A stretch of DNA of 55,317 bases, taken from the IMG/VR virus record IMGVR_UViG_3300021510_000001, positions 1-55,317 of that record. One strand, given 5' to 3'. Source of the DNA: a virus. Its lineage: Duplodnaviria > Caudoviricetes. The notes beneath the pieces were generated by a model, which saw only the letters and a list, made by a program, of their open reading frames with translations, was not told where the DNA came from and did no database searches. Below, piece by piece: positions 43,785-52,649 of the stretch (position 1 is the first letter of the stretch; each line of letters starts with the position of its first letter). A program made the position numbers and the translations under genes.

Positions 43785-43813
43785 ACCATAGCCGAGTTAA
43801 CTCGGTTCGTCAA
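43785..43813 (-). promoter_or_regulatory. Repeated promoter/operator, copy 1
   Basis: TTGACG-17 bp containing CCGAGTTAACTCGG-TATGGT. Confidence 0.85.
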
Positions 43814-44033
43814 CCTGATCCGGGTCGGGCCGGATGATCCCCTCGACGCTGGCCCGCGCGAGGAACACGCCGAGCACCGCGAGCAGCGGCCACGGCCAGC
43901 CGATGACGATCACCCAAACCACCGCGCCCGCTGATACCACGAAGAGCAGCAGACAGAGCGCCTCGGTCACGATCGCCAGTCGGCGGCGGCGCGCTTGCGG
44001 ATCATCGGAGATGACCATGTCGGGCCCTTTCAT
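43797..44033 (-). CDS. Small membrane protein
   Basis: Two hydrophobic segments. Confidence 0.55.
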   Translation of the reverse strand: MKGPDMVISDDPQARRRRLAIVTEALCLLLFVVSAGAVVWVIVIGWPWPLLAVLGVFLARASVEGIIRPDPDQVDEPS

Positions 44034-44037
44034 CCAA

Positions 44038-44069
44038 GGCGGCCCGCTCCCCGGGAGGGGCGGGCCGCC
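44038..44069. terminator. Hairpin terminator
   Basis: GGCGGCCCGCTCC-CCGGGA-GGGGCGGGCCGCC. Confidence 0.55.
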
Positions 44070-44176
44070 CTTACGCTTTAGCTGTAGGCCAGCTCCATCA
44101 TCAGGTCTACGGCGTCCTCGGCCTGGGTGAACCTACCGGCGGCCTCGGCGGTACGGCCATTCGATGAGGTTCATCC

Positions 44177-44440
44177 TCACCACTGCCCAAAGGTGCAGAC
44201 GCCGCATCCGCCGCTGCGGTGCTTCTCGCTGGCGAAGTGCTTCGTCAGCTCGGCGAGCTGGCGCGCCTCGTTGGCGCGCCGATCGATGCCGGCCTGGATC
44301 GCGGGGTGCGCCGCACGCGGGGCGGCACCGGCGCGCAGTTCGTCGCAGCGCGGGCATTCGCCCTCCGGGGCCTTGCGGCCGAACGGCAGGGCCTTGCCGT
44401 CGGAGGTGCAGGTGTGGCGAACGAAGTTCTCGGTTTCCAT
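44177..44440 (-). CDS. Conserved small Cys-rich actinophage protein
   Basis: FGRK..CPRCDEL..GCGVCTFGQW pattern. Confidence 0.75.
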   Translation of the reverse strand: METENFVRHTCTSDGKALPFGRKAPEGECPRCDELRAGAAPRAAHPAIQAGIDRRANEARQLAELTKHFASEKHRSGGCGVCTFGQW

Positions 44441-44442
44441 GA

Positions 44443-44643
44443 TCAGTGCCCCTCGCAGCTCAGGTACTCGGCGTCAGCCTCGGCGTCGATCGCCGCTATC
44501 TCAGCCTCGGTCAACCCTCGGCCGGTCCAGCCCGGAACCAGGCGGTCTGCCGCGTTTTCGGAGTGTGACGAGTAACCGTCGCACTTGGCGTTGATGGGGA
44601 GTCCGCAGTACTTGCGGTGCGCGGCGTCGGAGTTCTCAGTCAT
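44443..44643 (-). CDS. Hypothetical protein (leaderless)
   Basis: ATG 6 nt after -10 TAGACT. Confidence 0.7.
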   Translation of the reverse strand: MTENSDAAHRKYCGLPINAKCDGYSSHSENAADRLVPGWTGRGLTEAEIAAIDAEADAEYLSCEGH

Positions 44644-44649
44644 GTTACG

Positions 44650-44678
44650 AGTCTAGCCGAGCTAGTCCGGTGCGTCAA
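44650..44678 (-). promoter_or_regulatory. Repeated promoter/operator, copy 2 (degenerate operator)
   Basis: TTGACG-CACCGGACTAGCTCGGC-TAGACT. Confidence 0.8.
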
Positions 44679-44910
44679 GTCCCGATTCGGGGCCAGCCCC
44701 GCCAGCCCGATCCAGGTTGCTCAGCAACTCCGCCCGAAACTCCGCGCTGAGGCCATCGCAGCGCGTCAAGCAGGTGCGACAGAACACATTGCCGAAGCGC
44801 ACCGCGCCGCACTCGGGGCACACGTCGTGGCCGTGCACCCCGGTCTCCAGGCACGTGAGGAACAGGCAGGGACCGTCCAGGAAGACCGCGCTGACGCCGT
44901 GAATGGTCAC
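44662..44910 (-). CDS. Small zinc-finger-like protein
   Basis: CPECG..CRTC; GTG 44910 in a GTGA overlap. Confidence 0.55.
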   Translation of the reverse strand: MTIHGVSAVFLDGPCLFLTCLETGVHGHDVCPECGAVRFGNVFCRTCLTRCDGLSAEFRAELLSNLDRAGGAGPESGLDAPD

Positions 44911-45128
44911 GGGAGCCTGCTCATGATCAGGTCGTCCGCCCAGGACGGCGTGCGGTGATCGTCCGCCAGCCACAGTTCGATCACCGTGTCCCCGACCGGC
45001 GAGGTCCACTCGAACCACGCGGTGACCCGCAGCCAATCGCCGTCCTCAGTACGAATCTCCCAGTCGGGTTCGATCTCCCAGGCCGGCCGGTACTCCTCCA
45101 GCAGGGTGGTCATGATGCGCTCCGCCAT
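44907..45128 (-). CDS. Hypothetical protein
   Basis: Operon overlap pattern. Confidence 0.55.
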   Translation of the reverse strand: MAERIMTTLLEEYRPAWEIEPDWEIRTEDGDWLRVTAWFEWTSPVGDTVIELWLADDHRTPSWADDLIMSRLP

Positions 45129-45499
45129 CCCCGCTCGCGAACGATGACCCCCAGCTCGTCGATCAACCGCAGGACGTCGTCCGGCGCGAGCCGGGTGGCC
45201 ACCTCGACCCTGACACCCTCCGCCGACAGGGTGTTGATCAGGCTGATGCTGTCGGCGTTGTCGATCATCACGGTGTGCCGGGCCACCCCATTGGTGTTCC
45301 CCCAGCAGTCGAAGGTGCGCAGCAGGCGGTCCACCTCGCTGCGGGTCCTGCCAGAGCCGCGGCAGACGTCAGGGCCGCGACCGGGGTGCCGAGCAAAGGT
45401 GGACCGCGTGGCGTGGATCTTCTGGGGGGTGCCGCACATGCGGCAGATGGGCAGCGTGGTGGTTGTCATGACGGTCTCCTCGGTCGGTCGTGGTGTCAC
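45110..45499 (-). CDS. Hypothetical protein with N-terminal Cys motif
   Basis: CRMCG..H..C; start may be ATG 45469 after GAGGAG. Confidence 0.6.
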   Translation of the reverse strand: MTPRPTEETVMTTTTLPICRMCGTPQKIHATRSTFARHPGRGPDVCRGSGRTRSEVDRLLRTFDCWGNTNGVARHTVMIDNADSISLINTLSAEGVRVEVATRLAPDDVLRLIDELGVIVRERGWRSAS

Positions 45500-45870
45500 A
45501 GGTCGCCGGGCACCGTGCCGGCCAGGAGCACGCCGGTGCGGTGCGTCTCGAGGCGCTCAGCGGAACTGGGCACTCGCGGCGCCCGCACGACGGAGCGCAG
45601 GTTGGCGCCAACCTTGGCGGCGTGGTCGCACTTCATGCGCACCATCGGGTCGCCCTGCCGGTAGGTGCGGCTGGTGGTGACGCCGGACATCGGCTCGAAC
45701 GGCGCGGTCGGGCCGGCGACCCGCAGCACGATGTAAGGCAGCACTTCGCCGCCGGGGTGCTCGAGCGTCTCGGTGACGGTGACTCGCATATCGAGATCGG
45801 CGTTCCAGGCCACGATGTCGCCCTTCTCGATCTTGTTGGCGGCGACGAGTTCCCAGATCCTGCTGGCCAC
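45496..45870 (-). CDS. Hypothetical protein
   Basis: RBS AGAGGA, operon position. Confidence 0.6.
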   Translation of the reverse strand: MASRIWELVAANKIEKGDIVAWNADLDMRVTVTETLEHPGGEVLPYIVLRVAGPTAPFEPMSGVTTSRTYRQGDPMVRMKCDHAAKVGANLRSVVRAPRVPSSAERLETHRTGVLLAGTVPGDL

Positions 45871-45875
45871 GGTGA

Positions 45876-46199
45876 TCAGTCCTCTCGCTCAGCGGCGTAG
45901 CCGCGCTGGATCGCCTCGGTGGACCGGCGCCGACCGCCGAAGGCGTTCGAGTTGTAGCCGTCGCCGAGCTGGCTGTAGGCGTTGGAGATCAGGACCGCGA
46001 GGTTCTTGGTCTCGTGTGACCCCAGGTAGAGGTTGGGCTGGCCGATCGAGTGCCGAACACCGGAGGTCTCCACGGTCGCGCGGATGCGCAGCATCCAGAC
46101 CGTGCCGTCGCGGTAGATCGCGTATTCGCGGGTGGCATCCTGCGCGAAGTAACTGCCGGCGAACTGGCGGCGGAACCGGAGCGTCTGCGTGAGGACCAT
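45876..46199 (-). CDS. Hypothetical protein (leaderless)
   Basis: ATG 6 nt after -10 TAAGCT. Confidence 0.7.
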   Translation of the reverse strand: MVLTQTLRFRRQFAGSYFAQDATREYAIYRDGTVWMLRIRATVETSGVRHSIGQPNLYLGSHETKNLAVLISNAYSQLGDGYNSNAFGGRRRSTEAIQRGYAAERED

Positions 46200-46205
46200 A
46201 CAGCG

Positions 46206-46234
46206 AGCTTAGCCGAGTCAATCCGGCGCGTCAA
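46206..46234 (-). promoter_or_regulatory. Repeated promoter/operator, copy 3
   Basis: TTGACG-CGCCGGATTGACTCGGC-TAAGCT. Confidence 0.85.
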
Positions 46235-46312
46235 GTCTCCCCGCGTGGCTCCCACGCCAGGCCCGGTCCAGGCCCGATACTGGCCGCGCCATGGCACGGC
46301 GAAAGGGAACCC

Positions 46313-47029
46313 ATGACCTTCTACAACGCGGCGGGCACTCGGCTCACCGAAACGACACTCAACGCCCTGACGGACACCGTCGGCGCGCTGGAAGTCGTCG
46401 AGTTCACCGCGAACGTCTATCAGTCCTTCACCCAGGACGGCGGCGGTTTCGAGAAGGCCAGCCGGCTGGTGTTCGTCGCCGGCCAGCGCGTTCCCCAATC
46501 AATGATCGACGGCCTGTTCGAGACGGCCACGATCGAATCGATCACCCCGGCGACCGGGCCGGAAACCGGCGGCACGCCGATCGTGATCACGGGAACGGAC
46601 TTCTCCGGGGCGGCCGGTGTGACGGTGGGCGGCGTGGCCGCGACCAGTTTCGTGGTGGTCGACAACGAGACGATCACCGCCACCACGCCGGCCGGCACCG
46701 TGGGGGATCAGGACGTGGTGGTGGCGGACGACGCCGGCAACGTCACCGAGGTCGACGGATTCGGCTACACCGAGGTGGCCGCCACGGTCACCCTGATCGC
46801 CCCGGCCACCGGCGACGCGGCCGGTGGCACCGCGGTCACCATCACCGGCACCAACCTCACCCACGCCACCGGAGTGACCTTCGGCGGCGTCGCCGCCTCT
46901 TCGTTCGTCGTCGTCAACGCCACCACCATCACCTGTGTCACTCCCGCTCACGCGGCCGGCGCGGTGAACGTGGTGGTGCTCGACAGCGGCGGCAATGTCA
47001 CCTCCGTCGGCGGTTTCACCTACACATGA
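46313..47029 (+). CDS. IPT/TIG (Ig-like) domain protein, two IPT domains
   Basis: SITPATGPETGGTPIVITGTDF..VTVGG..ITATTPA repeated twice. Confidence 0.85.
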   Translation: MTFYNAAGTRLTETTLNALTDTVGALEVVEFTANVYQSFTQDGGGFEKASRLVFVAGQRVPQSMIDGLFETATIESITPATGPETGGTPIVITGTDFSGAAGVTVGGVAATSFVVVDNETITATTPAGTVGDQDVVVADDAGNVTEVDGFGYTEVAATVTLIAPATGDAAGGTAVTITGTNLTHATGVTFGGVAASSFVVVNATTITCVTPAHAAGAVNVVVLDSGGNVTSVGGFTYT

Positions 47030-47060
47030 CCGGCGCACCACCATCCCCCGAGAGGACATC

Positions 47061-47522
47061 ATGACCTTCTACAACGCGGCCGGTACCCGGCTCACCGAAA
47101 CCACGATCAACGCCCTCGCCGACACCGTCACCGCCGAAGAGGTGGTCGAGTTCACCGCGGACGTCTACCAGTCCTTCACCGCCGACGGCGGCGGTTTCGA
47201 GAAGGCCAGCCGGCTGGTGTTCGTCGATGGCCAGCGCGTCAAGCAGACCATGATCGACGGCCTGTTCATCACCGCGACGATCACCAGCGTGCTGCCGGCC
47301 AGTGGCGCGGCGGCCGGCGGCACCCCGATCGTGATTCGGGGAACGAACTTCTCCGGGGCGGCCGGTGTCACCGTGGGCGGGGTTGCCGCCACCTCGTTCG
47401 TGGTGGTCAACAACACCACGATCACCTGTACTACCGGCGCGCACGCAGGCGGCGCGGTTAACGTGGTCGTGCAGGACGACGCCGGTGACGTCACCGCGGT
47501 GGGCGCCTTCACCTACGTCTAG
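47061..47522 (+). CDS. IPT/TIG domain protein, one IPT domain; paralogue of the preceding gene
   Basis: Near-identical N-terminus MTFYNAAGTRLTETT; RBS AGAGGA. Confidence 0.85.
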   Translation: MTFYNAAGTRLTETTINALADTVTAEEVVEFTADVYQSFTADGGGFEKASRLVFVDGQRVKQTMIDGLFITATITSVLPASGAAAGGTPIVIRGTNFSGAAGVTVGGVAATSFVVVNNTTITCTTGAHAGGAVNVVVQDDAGDVTAVGAFTYV

Positions 47523-47572
47523 GACGTCCACCGGTTGCATTGCCCATCCCAGTGCGGCCGGCGCGACAGGCG

Positions 47573-47602
47573 AGAGGCCCCGACAGCGCCGTCGGGGCCT
47601 CT
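47573..47602. terminator. Terminator between convergent genes
   Basis: AGAGGCCCCGAC-AGCGCC-GTCGGGGCCTCT. Confidence 0.75.
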
Positions 47603-47615
47603 TCTGCGTTTCGTC

Positions 47616-48260
47616 CTAGCCGGCCATCTCCCACCGGCGCGGAAAGTACACCCGCTCCTGGGTGTCCACCGAGCCCCAGTAGTGGCGATCGAAGTAGTCG
47701 GTCTGGGCGTCGGAGTTGTCGTAGTTGTAGGCGTTGTAGATCTCTTCGATGGCGGCCTTGTAGGCGGCGAACGCCGGGGTGGCGATCTTGCGAACGCGGC
47801 CGTCGTTGTAGCCGTCGTCGATCTCACCCTCGGTCCAGCCCCAGGCGGCCGGCACGTTGAGGATCACCACGTCGATGGCGCCGCCACCGGAGAAGTAGCG
47901 GGACCGGATGCTGACCTTGATCTCGGCGGGCGCGTCGGCGATCGGGTCCAGCACGGCGAGGTCGGTGGCGCCGGGGGTGGCCTTGCCGACCTTGCGGGCG
48001 ATCTTGATGTCTTCCCGCATGAGCTTCGCGATAGCGGCCAGGTCCAGCCGCCGGGCCTGCTCGTACTTGCTGCCCTTCCAGTGGCCGGCGTTGTGGAATC
48101 GCAGATACTCAGGGTCAACAACATCTTTCGTAGCCTCGGCCTGCGCGGCGTGGATGCGCAGCAGCGCCCGCTTGGCGGCGTCGCGCTCATCCTCGCTGGT
48201 CTTCGCGTGGTTGATCAGGTTGGTCAGCGCCTGGATCTTCAGACCGGTCCGCTTGTTCAT
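47616..48260 (-). CDS. Protein with LPD29-like domain
   Basis: IAKLMREDIK..KVSIRSRYFSGGGAIDV..YNYDNSDAQTDYFD. Confidence 0.65.
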   Translation of the reverse strand: MNKRTGLKIQALTNLINHAKTSEDERDAAKRALLRIHAAQAEATKDVVDPEYLRFHNAGHWKGSKYEQARRLDLAAIAKLMREDIKIARKVGKATPGATDLAVLDPIADAPAEIKVSIRSRYFSGGGAIDVVILNVPAAWGWTEGEIDDGYNDGRVRKIATPAFAAYKAAIEEIYNAYNYDNSDAQTDYFDRHYWGSVDTQERVYFPRRWEMAG

Positions 48261-48308
48261 CTCGCCTCTTTCGGGAAGGGGCCCCGCCTGTCTGGCCCGA
48301 CAACGCTT

Positions 48309-48337
48309 ACTCTAACCGAGTCAACTCGGTTCGTCAA
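48309..48337 (-). promoter_or_regulatory. Repeated promoter/operator, copy 4
   Basis: TTGACG-AACCGAGTTGACTCGGT-TAGAGT. Confidence 0.85.
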
Positions 48338-48339
48338 GT

Positions 48340-48372
48340 AGGCCGCGCCCCGGCAGGTCTGGGGCGCGGCCT
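48340..48372. terminator. Hairpin terminator
   Basis: AGGCCGCGCCCC...GGGGCGCGGCCT. Confidence 0.65.
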
Positions 48373-48377
48373 GATGA

Positions 48378-49328
48378 TCAGTCCAGGTAGCTGGCCTTCG
48401 TCGGGCGGCTGATGTAGCCGAACAGCGGGTCGTTGTCGCTGGCCTTGATGGCGGCGGTGAAGGTGGCCCGCCTGCCGCGCAGGTTGTCCAGCGAGCCGTG
48501 GCCGGGGTCCAGCGAGCTGGGCAGGGTGCCCCACACCAGGAAGCCCCGGTCGTCGCGGACGGTCATCACGATGCGCACGCCGCCGGTGAAGTCGTTGTCG
48601 CGCACCTCGACCTTGATGATCTCGCCGGTGACGACCTGGCGGCCCTCGGTCGGCAGAGTGACGCCGGTGGCCAGGGTGGCGGTGCGCTGCGCCTCGCGGG
48701 CGGCCCGACGCTGCTCGGCCTCATCCAGCCAGCCCATGATCCGCTCGAGGTAGGCGATCTGCTTGACACTGGTCTCGCCGTACTGCCGCGCCCGGTCGGC
48801 GATGTCCTCCATGGTGGCGAGCTTGTCGCCGGTGCGGGTGACCCACAGGAACGAGCCGGCGCCGTCCACGCCGTCGGTGGCGCCGGCATCGCCGATGTTC
48901 TGCGCGTAGCTGGCGTAGGCCAGCACCGGGTACTCGTCGCACAGTGCGGTGAACCGCTCGCGCAAGTTGCGGCGCTCGGTGTTGAGCTTGGCGGTGGCGC
49001 GCAGCCGGGCGAACTCGTCTTTGGTGAGCGAGTCGAACCGGTTGTCGAGGCAGGTTTCGCCGACGTACATCAGGGTGCCGCTCGGGGTGTGCAGCATCAA
49101 CGCGGCGTAGCGCAGGTAGGCACCGCAGTGGCTGCACTGGTGGCTGCCGTGCGGGGCCCCAGCGAAGCTGTGACCCTGGGCGCGCAGCGCGGTGACGACC
49201 TGGTGGCGGTAGTGGTGGTCGCCCTCTTCGGGGTGCAGGTCGAAGACGCCCTCGCACTGGTAGTCCGCGGGGTCGAACTCGGGGGCGGAGGGGCGGTGGA
49301 TGTCGGTGCGGCGAGTCGCGGCGCTCAT
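48378..49328 (-). CDS. Hypothetical protein with Zn-finger and C-terminal OB-fold-like domain
   Basis: CSHCG..VGETC; GRQVVTGEI..VWGT..FTA..SRPTKA. Confidence 0.7.
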   Translation of the reverse strand: MSAATRRTDIHRPSAPEFDPADYQCEGVFDLHPEEGDHHYRHQVVTALRAQGHSFAGAPHGSHQCSHCGAYLRYAALMLHTPSGTLMYVGETCLDNRFDSLTKDEFARLRATAKLNTERRNLRERFTALCDEYPVLAYASYAQNIGDAGATDGVDGAGSFLWVTRTGDKLATMEDIADRARQYGETSVKQIAYLERIMGWLDEAEQRRAAREAQRTATLATGVTLPTEGRQVVTGEIIKVEVRDNDFTGGVRIVMTVRDDRGFLVWGTLPSSLDPGHGSLDNLRGRRATFTAAIKASDNDPLFGYISRPTKASYLD

Positions 49329-49357
49329 GGGGTTCTCCTTGTTTTGGCTGCACCCGT

Positions 49358-49386
49358 AGCTTAGCCGAGTTAACTCGGTTCGTCAA
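49358..49386 (-). promoter_or_regulatory. Repeated promoter/operator, copy 5
   Basis: TTGACG-AACCGAGTTAACTCGGC-TAAGCT. Confidence 0.85.
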
Positions 49387-49387
49387 A

Positions 49388-49600
49388 TTACTCCGACGCT
49401 TCCTCCCGGTCACGCTCCATCCACAGCGCCTCGGCCGCCGTCGGGATCGCGCTGTGGGCGTAGAGCCGACCAGCTCGGCCCGGTCGAATCGCGACTCGGC
49501 GCCGACATACCGGACAGACCCCGGTGCGACCCCGGCTCATGCCGCCCTGACTGCCGCCGACCGAGGCCGACGTGCCGAGGCATTTGTTTTTCATCGCCAC
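49388..49600 (-). CDS. Small Zn-ribbon-like hypothetical protein
   Basis: C..GVCPVC..H. Confidence 0.6.
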   Translation of the reverse strand: MAMKNKCLGTSASVGGSQGGMSRGRTGVCPVCRRRVAIRPGRAGRLYAHSAIPTAAEALWMERDREEASE

Positions 49601-49612
49601 CCGCGGAACCTC

Positions 49613-49975
49613 CTAGTTCAGGCTGGCCACGTCGTCGAGAGTGGTCAGGTCGTTGATCTCCATGGAGACGACCAGGGGCCGAACGACCTCGATGGGGGTA
49701 CCCCGCTCGCCCATCCACCGGGTCTCATACGTCCGCTCGATCACCGTGCGGTGGCCGACGATCTTGAACAGTTCGACCCGGGTGTTGTTGAAGTAGTACC
49801 GATTCTCTCGGGCGTAGCCGAATGCCCCGTCGGGGGTGTCGAAGTCAGCCCACAGTCGGCCACGGTGGCTGATCGCATTGGCGATCAACACGCGGTAGGT
49901 CTGGGTCTGATCGGTGATGCTGACGGCGCCGGTGGTGGTCGGCGCGGTGACTGCGGTGGACTTCGTCTCGGTCAT
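49613..49975 (-). CDS. Hypothetical protein (leaderless)
   Basis: ATG 6 nt after -10 TAGATT. Confidence 0.7.
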   Translation of the reverse strand: MTETKSTAVTAPTTTGAVSITDQTQTYRVLIANAISHRGRLWADFDTPDGAFGYARENRYYFNNTRVELFKIVGHRTVIERTYETRWMGERGTPIEVVRPLVVSMEINDLTTLDDVASLN

Positions 49976-49981
49976 GGCTTC

Positions 49982-50010
49982 AATCTAGCCGAGTCAACCC
50001 GGTGCGTCAA
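49982..50010 (-). promoter_or_regulatory. Repeated promoter/operator, copy 6
   Basis: TTGACG-CACCGGGTTGACTCGGC-TAGATT. Confidence 0.85.
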
Positions 50011-50297
50011 GTAACATCGCTGGCGCGACGCAATACCCGCTGGAGATCGGCCAAAAACTCTTTCCCGTTGAGGGTCACCACGTCGGCGGCAACCCCATCG
50101 CCCCGCGTCCTCACACCCATCGCATAGAGGCGATCCCGTACGGCGGGCCCACTGATGCCCAGCCTGTCAGCCACCCTGTTGGTGTTTTGATGCAAGAGGT
50201 AAAGCTCCAGCGTCTCCAGCTTCTCCGCCGCAGTCAGCTTCTGACGCGGATTCAATACACCGCCCTTGCCACGCGTGTGGCGGCTTTTGTTACTCAT
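50007..50297 (-). CDS. HTH DNA-binding protein
   Basis: NTNRVADRLGISGPAVRDRL; start MSNKSR. Confidence 0.7.
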   Translation of the reverse strand: MSNKSRHTRGKGGVLNPRQKLTAAEKLETLELYLLHQNTNRVADRLGISGPAVRDRLYAMGVRTRGDGVAADVVTLNGKEFLADLQRVLRRASDVT

Positions 50298-50595
50298 TCC
50301 GATCGCCCTTGTCTCGCATCCTGATCTCCGCCACCACGTACCGAGTCGACTCACCGCGAGCCACCTGCGCGGTGTAGCTGTCCGGCCGATGCCGCACCAC
50401 CCGCGCCGCCACGTGCAGGCCGAGAGCGACCGTCACCATCCGCCCGTCACCGCGGCGGGCAACCTCGACCTCGTCACCCTCCGGAACGGCGTGGTCCGGG
50501 CCAACCACCGCCCAGCCGTCCCCCCATCGGCAAAACTGCGGATCCTCGCCGCGTGTCCAGATGCCCCGCGGAATCGGCGGCAACGGATCGGCCAT
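50290..50595 (-). CDS. Hypothetical protein
   Basis: GAGG RBS; overlaps next gene. Confidence 0.55.
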   Translation of the reverse strand: MADPLPPIPRGIWTRGEDPQFCRWGDGWAVVGPDHAVPEGDEVEVARRGDGRMVTVALGLHVAARVVRHRPDSYTAQVARGESTRYVVAEIRMRDKGDRNE

Positions 50596-50601
50596 CGAAC
50601 C

Positions 50602-51138
50602 TCACCCCTTGGCCAGCCAGCGGAACACTCCGGAATAGGTGACGATGACGGCGCCCAGTCCGGCGACCAACAACGCTTCTCCGACGGAAACGATGAGCAG
50701 ACCCACGGTGCCGGAACCGTTCCACCAGAAGATCACCAGCGCGGTCAGCGGGGCGACGGTGAACAGCAACAGGTCGGCCACCATCTGGCAGATCTTGCGC
50801 AGCAACCGGCGAGTGTTCGTGCGGTAGGCATGCTCCCAGCCGAACACCGCTTCGCCTGTCACAGCCCCGAGTCGAACAGCCAGCTCATCGCGCACATAGC
50901 AGCCGATATGGGTGACCTTGATGTCGTTGGCCACCCGCGTCCAGCCCAACGCCACCACGGCCGGCGGCAGCAGGAGCAGCAGCCGCGCATCGGCGCCGAC
51001 CCGCAGACCTACCAAGCCCATGGCCGCGAGTACGGCGTAGACCAGGTTGTCGCGAGTGCCGATTCGGGCCGCCTGCTCCCGCTTCAGCGACTCGTATTCG
51101 GTGACCAGCAACGTGGCGGGCGTGATGTCCTCGCTCAT
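50602..51138 (-). CDS. Integral membrane protein
   Basis: EYESLKREQAARIGTRDNLVY followed by 4 TM segments. Confidence 0.7.
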   Translation of the reverse strand: MSEDITPATLLVTEYESLKREQAARIGTRDNLVYAVLAAMGLVGLRVGADARLLLLLPPAVVALGWTRVANDIKVTHIGCYVRDELAVRLGAVTGEAVFGWEHAYRTNTRRLLRKICQMVADLLLFTVAPLTALVIFWWNGSGTVGLLIVSVGEALLVAGLGAVIVTYSGVFRWLAKG

Positions 51139-51143
51139 CGTGA

Positions 51144-51602
51144 CTACCCCCGTCCGCACGCTTTGTTGTTGGCCCGGTCGATCGCTCGACGCAGTTTGCC
51201 GACCTGGGCCGCCGTGAGCCCGTCGCGGCCGTCGAGCGCACGCAGCACGCCGCACATGGCCGCCAGCGCCGCCTCGGCGACCCCCCAGGCGTAGGTGGCG
51301 CGCTGGCCGGCCTCGGCAATGCCGCGATCCCGGTCGACCATGAGCGCGCCGTTGCTGGACTCCAGCCGGCCGATTCGGCCGTCTCGCTCGGTGGCGTGCT
51401 GCTGCTGCTGACCGAGGGCACGCGCCGCGCCGCTGAGCGCGTCACGGATCCGGTTCAATTCCAGCACGGGAAGGCGGGTCTCGGTGAACGCCAAGACTGG
51501 CGCCCTGTGGTCGAATGCCGGGTCGACTCCGGTCTGCTCCTGGCAGGCCTTGCGCAACTCGTCGCTGAGCTTCTCCAGCTCCGCGATCTGATCTTTGATC
51601 AT
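51144..51602 (-). CDS. Hypothetical coiled-coil protein
   Basis: GGAGG RBS, ATGA overlap. Confidence 0.6.
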   Translation of the reverse strand: MIKDQIAELEKLSDELRKACQEQTGVDPAFDHRAPVLAFTETRLPVLELNRIRDALSGAARALGQQQQHATERDGRIGRLESSNGALMVDRDRGIAEAGQRATYAWGVAEAALAAMCGVLRALDGRDGLTAAQVGKLRRAIDRANNKACGRG

Positions 51603-51868
51603 GGTGACCCCTCCTCATTCACGTACGGGCGGAGAAACTCCGCGGTCGCCGAATGACGCCGCCGCTCCTCTTCGTTCAGCTCCTCCGACTCACGGGCGAT
51701 GGCACCTAAAGCCGGGTAGAGGTCGGGAAAGTCGCGGGCCACCTGAAGCGTGGCCAGCCAGATCGCGGAGTCCGTTGACAGCCACGCATGCGACCCGTAC
51801 CGGTTGCCGGCCACGAAACCGGCCACCGCCGCCTCGCGGGCAATCTGGGCAGCGCGCTCATCGATCAC
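51599..51868 (-). CDS. Hypothetical protein
   Basis: GTG 51868 in a GTGA overlap. Confidence 0.55.
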   Translation of the reverse strand: MIDERAAQIAREAAVAGFVAGNRYGSHAWLSTDSAIWLATLQVARDFPDLYPALGAIARESEELNEEERRRHSATAEFLRPYVNEEGSP

Positions 51869-52326
51869 GGTGACTCCGTGGAGGCTTCCTCGTTTCGACC
51901 CTGGGCCAACACGCCGCGCCGGTGCGCCTGAAACCAGGCGATCACCAGGTCGAGGTGCAGTTCGGTGTCGCGCGAGTAGGGCGCGTCGATCCAGGTCTCG
52001 CCGACCCGATCGGCTCGGCCGTCTTCGTCGCGGTACTGCAACCACAGAAACCAGCGCTGCTCAGCTTCCGGCAGGTGCGGGTTGTGCTCAAGCCCAGTGC
52101 CGACGTAGTAGCCGCCCTGCTCATCGAAAGTCCATCCGATGTAGACAGACGTGTCGTCATTGTGGGTCTTGATCCACGCGGCGTCGCCGAGTTGGGCGAT
52201 GCGTTCGCGCAGACCGGCCAGGAACGCGGCGTCGAGCGACTCACTGATCTCACGGTTGCGGTTGCTCGAGGTGCCGCCGGGCGGGGCCCAATCGGGCTGA
52301 TCGATGGCGCGGATGCCGGTGCGCAT
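51865..52326 (-). CDS. Hypothetical protein
   Basis: GAGGAG RBS. Confidence 0.6.
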   Translation of the reverse strand: MRTGIRAIDQPDWAPPGGTSSNRNREISESLDAAFLAGLRERIAQLGDAAWIKTHNDDTSVYIGWTFDEQGGYYVGTGLEHNPHLPEAEQRWFLWLQYRDEDGRADRVGETWIDAPYSRDTELHLDLVIAWFQAHRRGVLAQGRNEEASTESP

Positions 52327-52388
52327 GGGGAACTCCTCAAATTGGGGCAGCTTGGAGCAATCTTGGAGGTGGCGCGTAGAGCGTGAAC

Positions 52389-52589
52389 CTAGAAGACCCA
52401 GGTCTCAAAGGTGCTGACCAACGTAGTCTCGATGCCGCACGTGCCACAGCCAGCGGCGCCGCCCACGATGAAACCGTGCGCCGGCCAGAAGCTGACGCAG
52501 TCGCAACCCAGCCGCACCATGCTGACCGGCTTGCCGGGGGCGCTGATGACGCCGTCGATGGTGATGGTGGGGGCGGTGGCCTCGGTCAT
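52389..52589 (-). CDS. Small Cys-containing hypothetical protein
   Basis: GAGGAGG RBS, start MTEATAP. Confidence 0.6.
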   Translation of the reverse strand: MTEATAPTITIDGVISAPGKPVSMVRLGCDCVSFWPAHGFIVGGAAGCGTCGIETTLVSTFETWVF

Positions 52590-52620
52590 CGGGTCCTCCT
52601 CGGTCGTTCGGTATGCGCTC

Positions 52621-52649
52621 AGCTTAACCGAGTCAACTCGGTGCGTCAA
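52621..52649 (-). promoter_or_regulatory. Repeated promoter/operator, copy 7
   Basis: TTGACG-CACCGAGTTGACTCGGT-TAAGCT. Confidence 0.85.

Noticed and set aside
46313-47522. Duplicated genes considered as a diversity-generating retroelement template/variable pair
   Set aside because: No reverse transcriptase in the window, differences are not adenine-specific, and both copies are intact genes.
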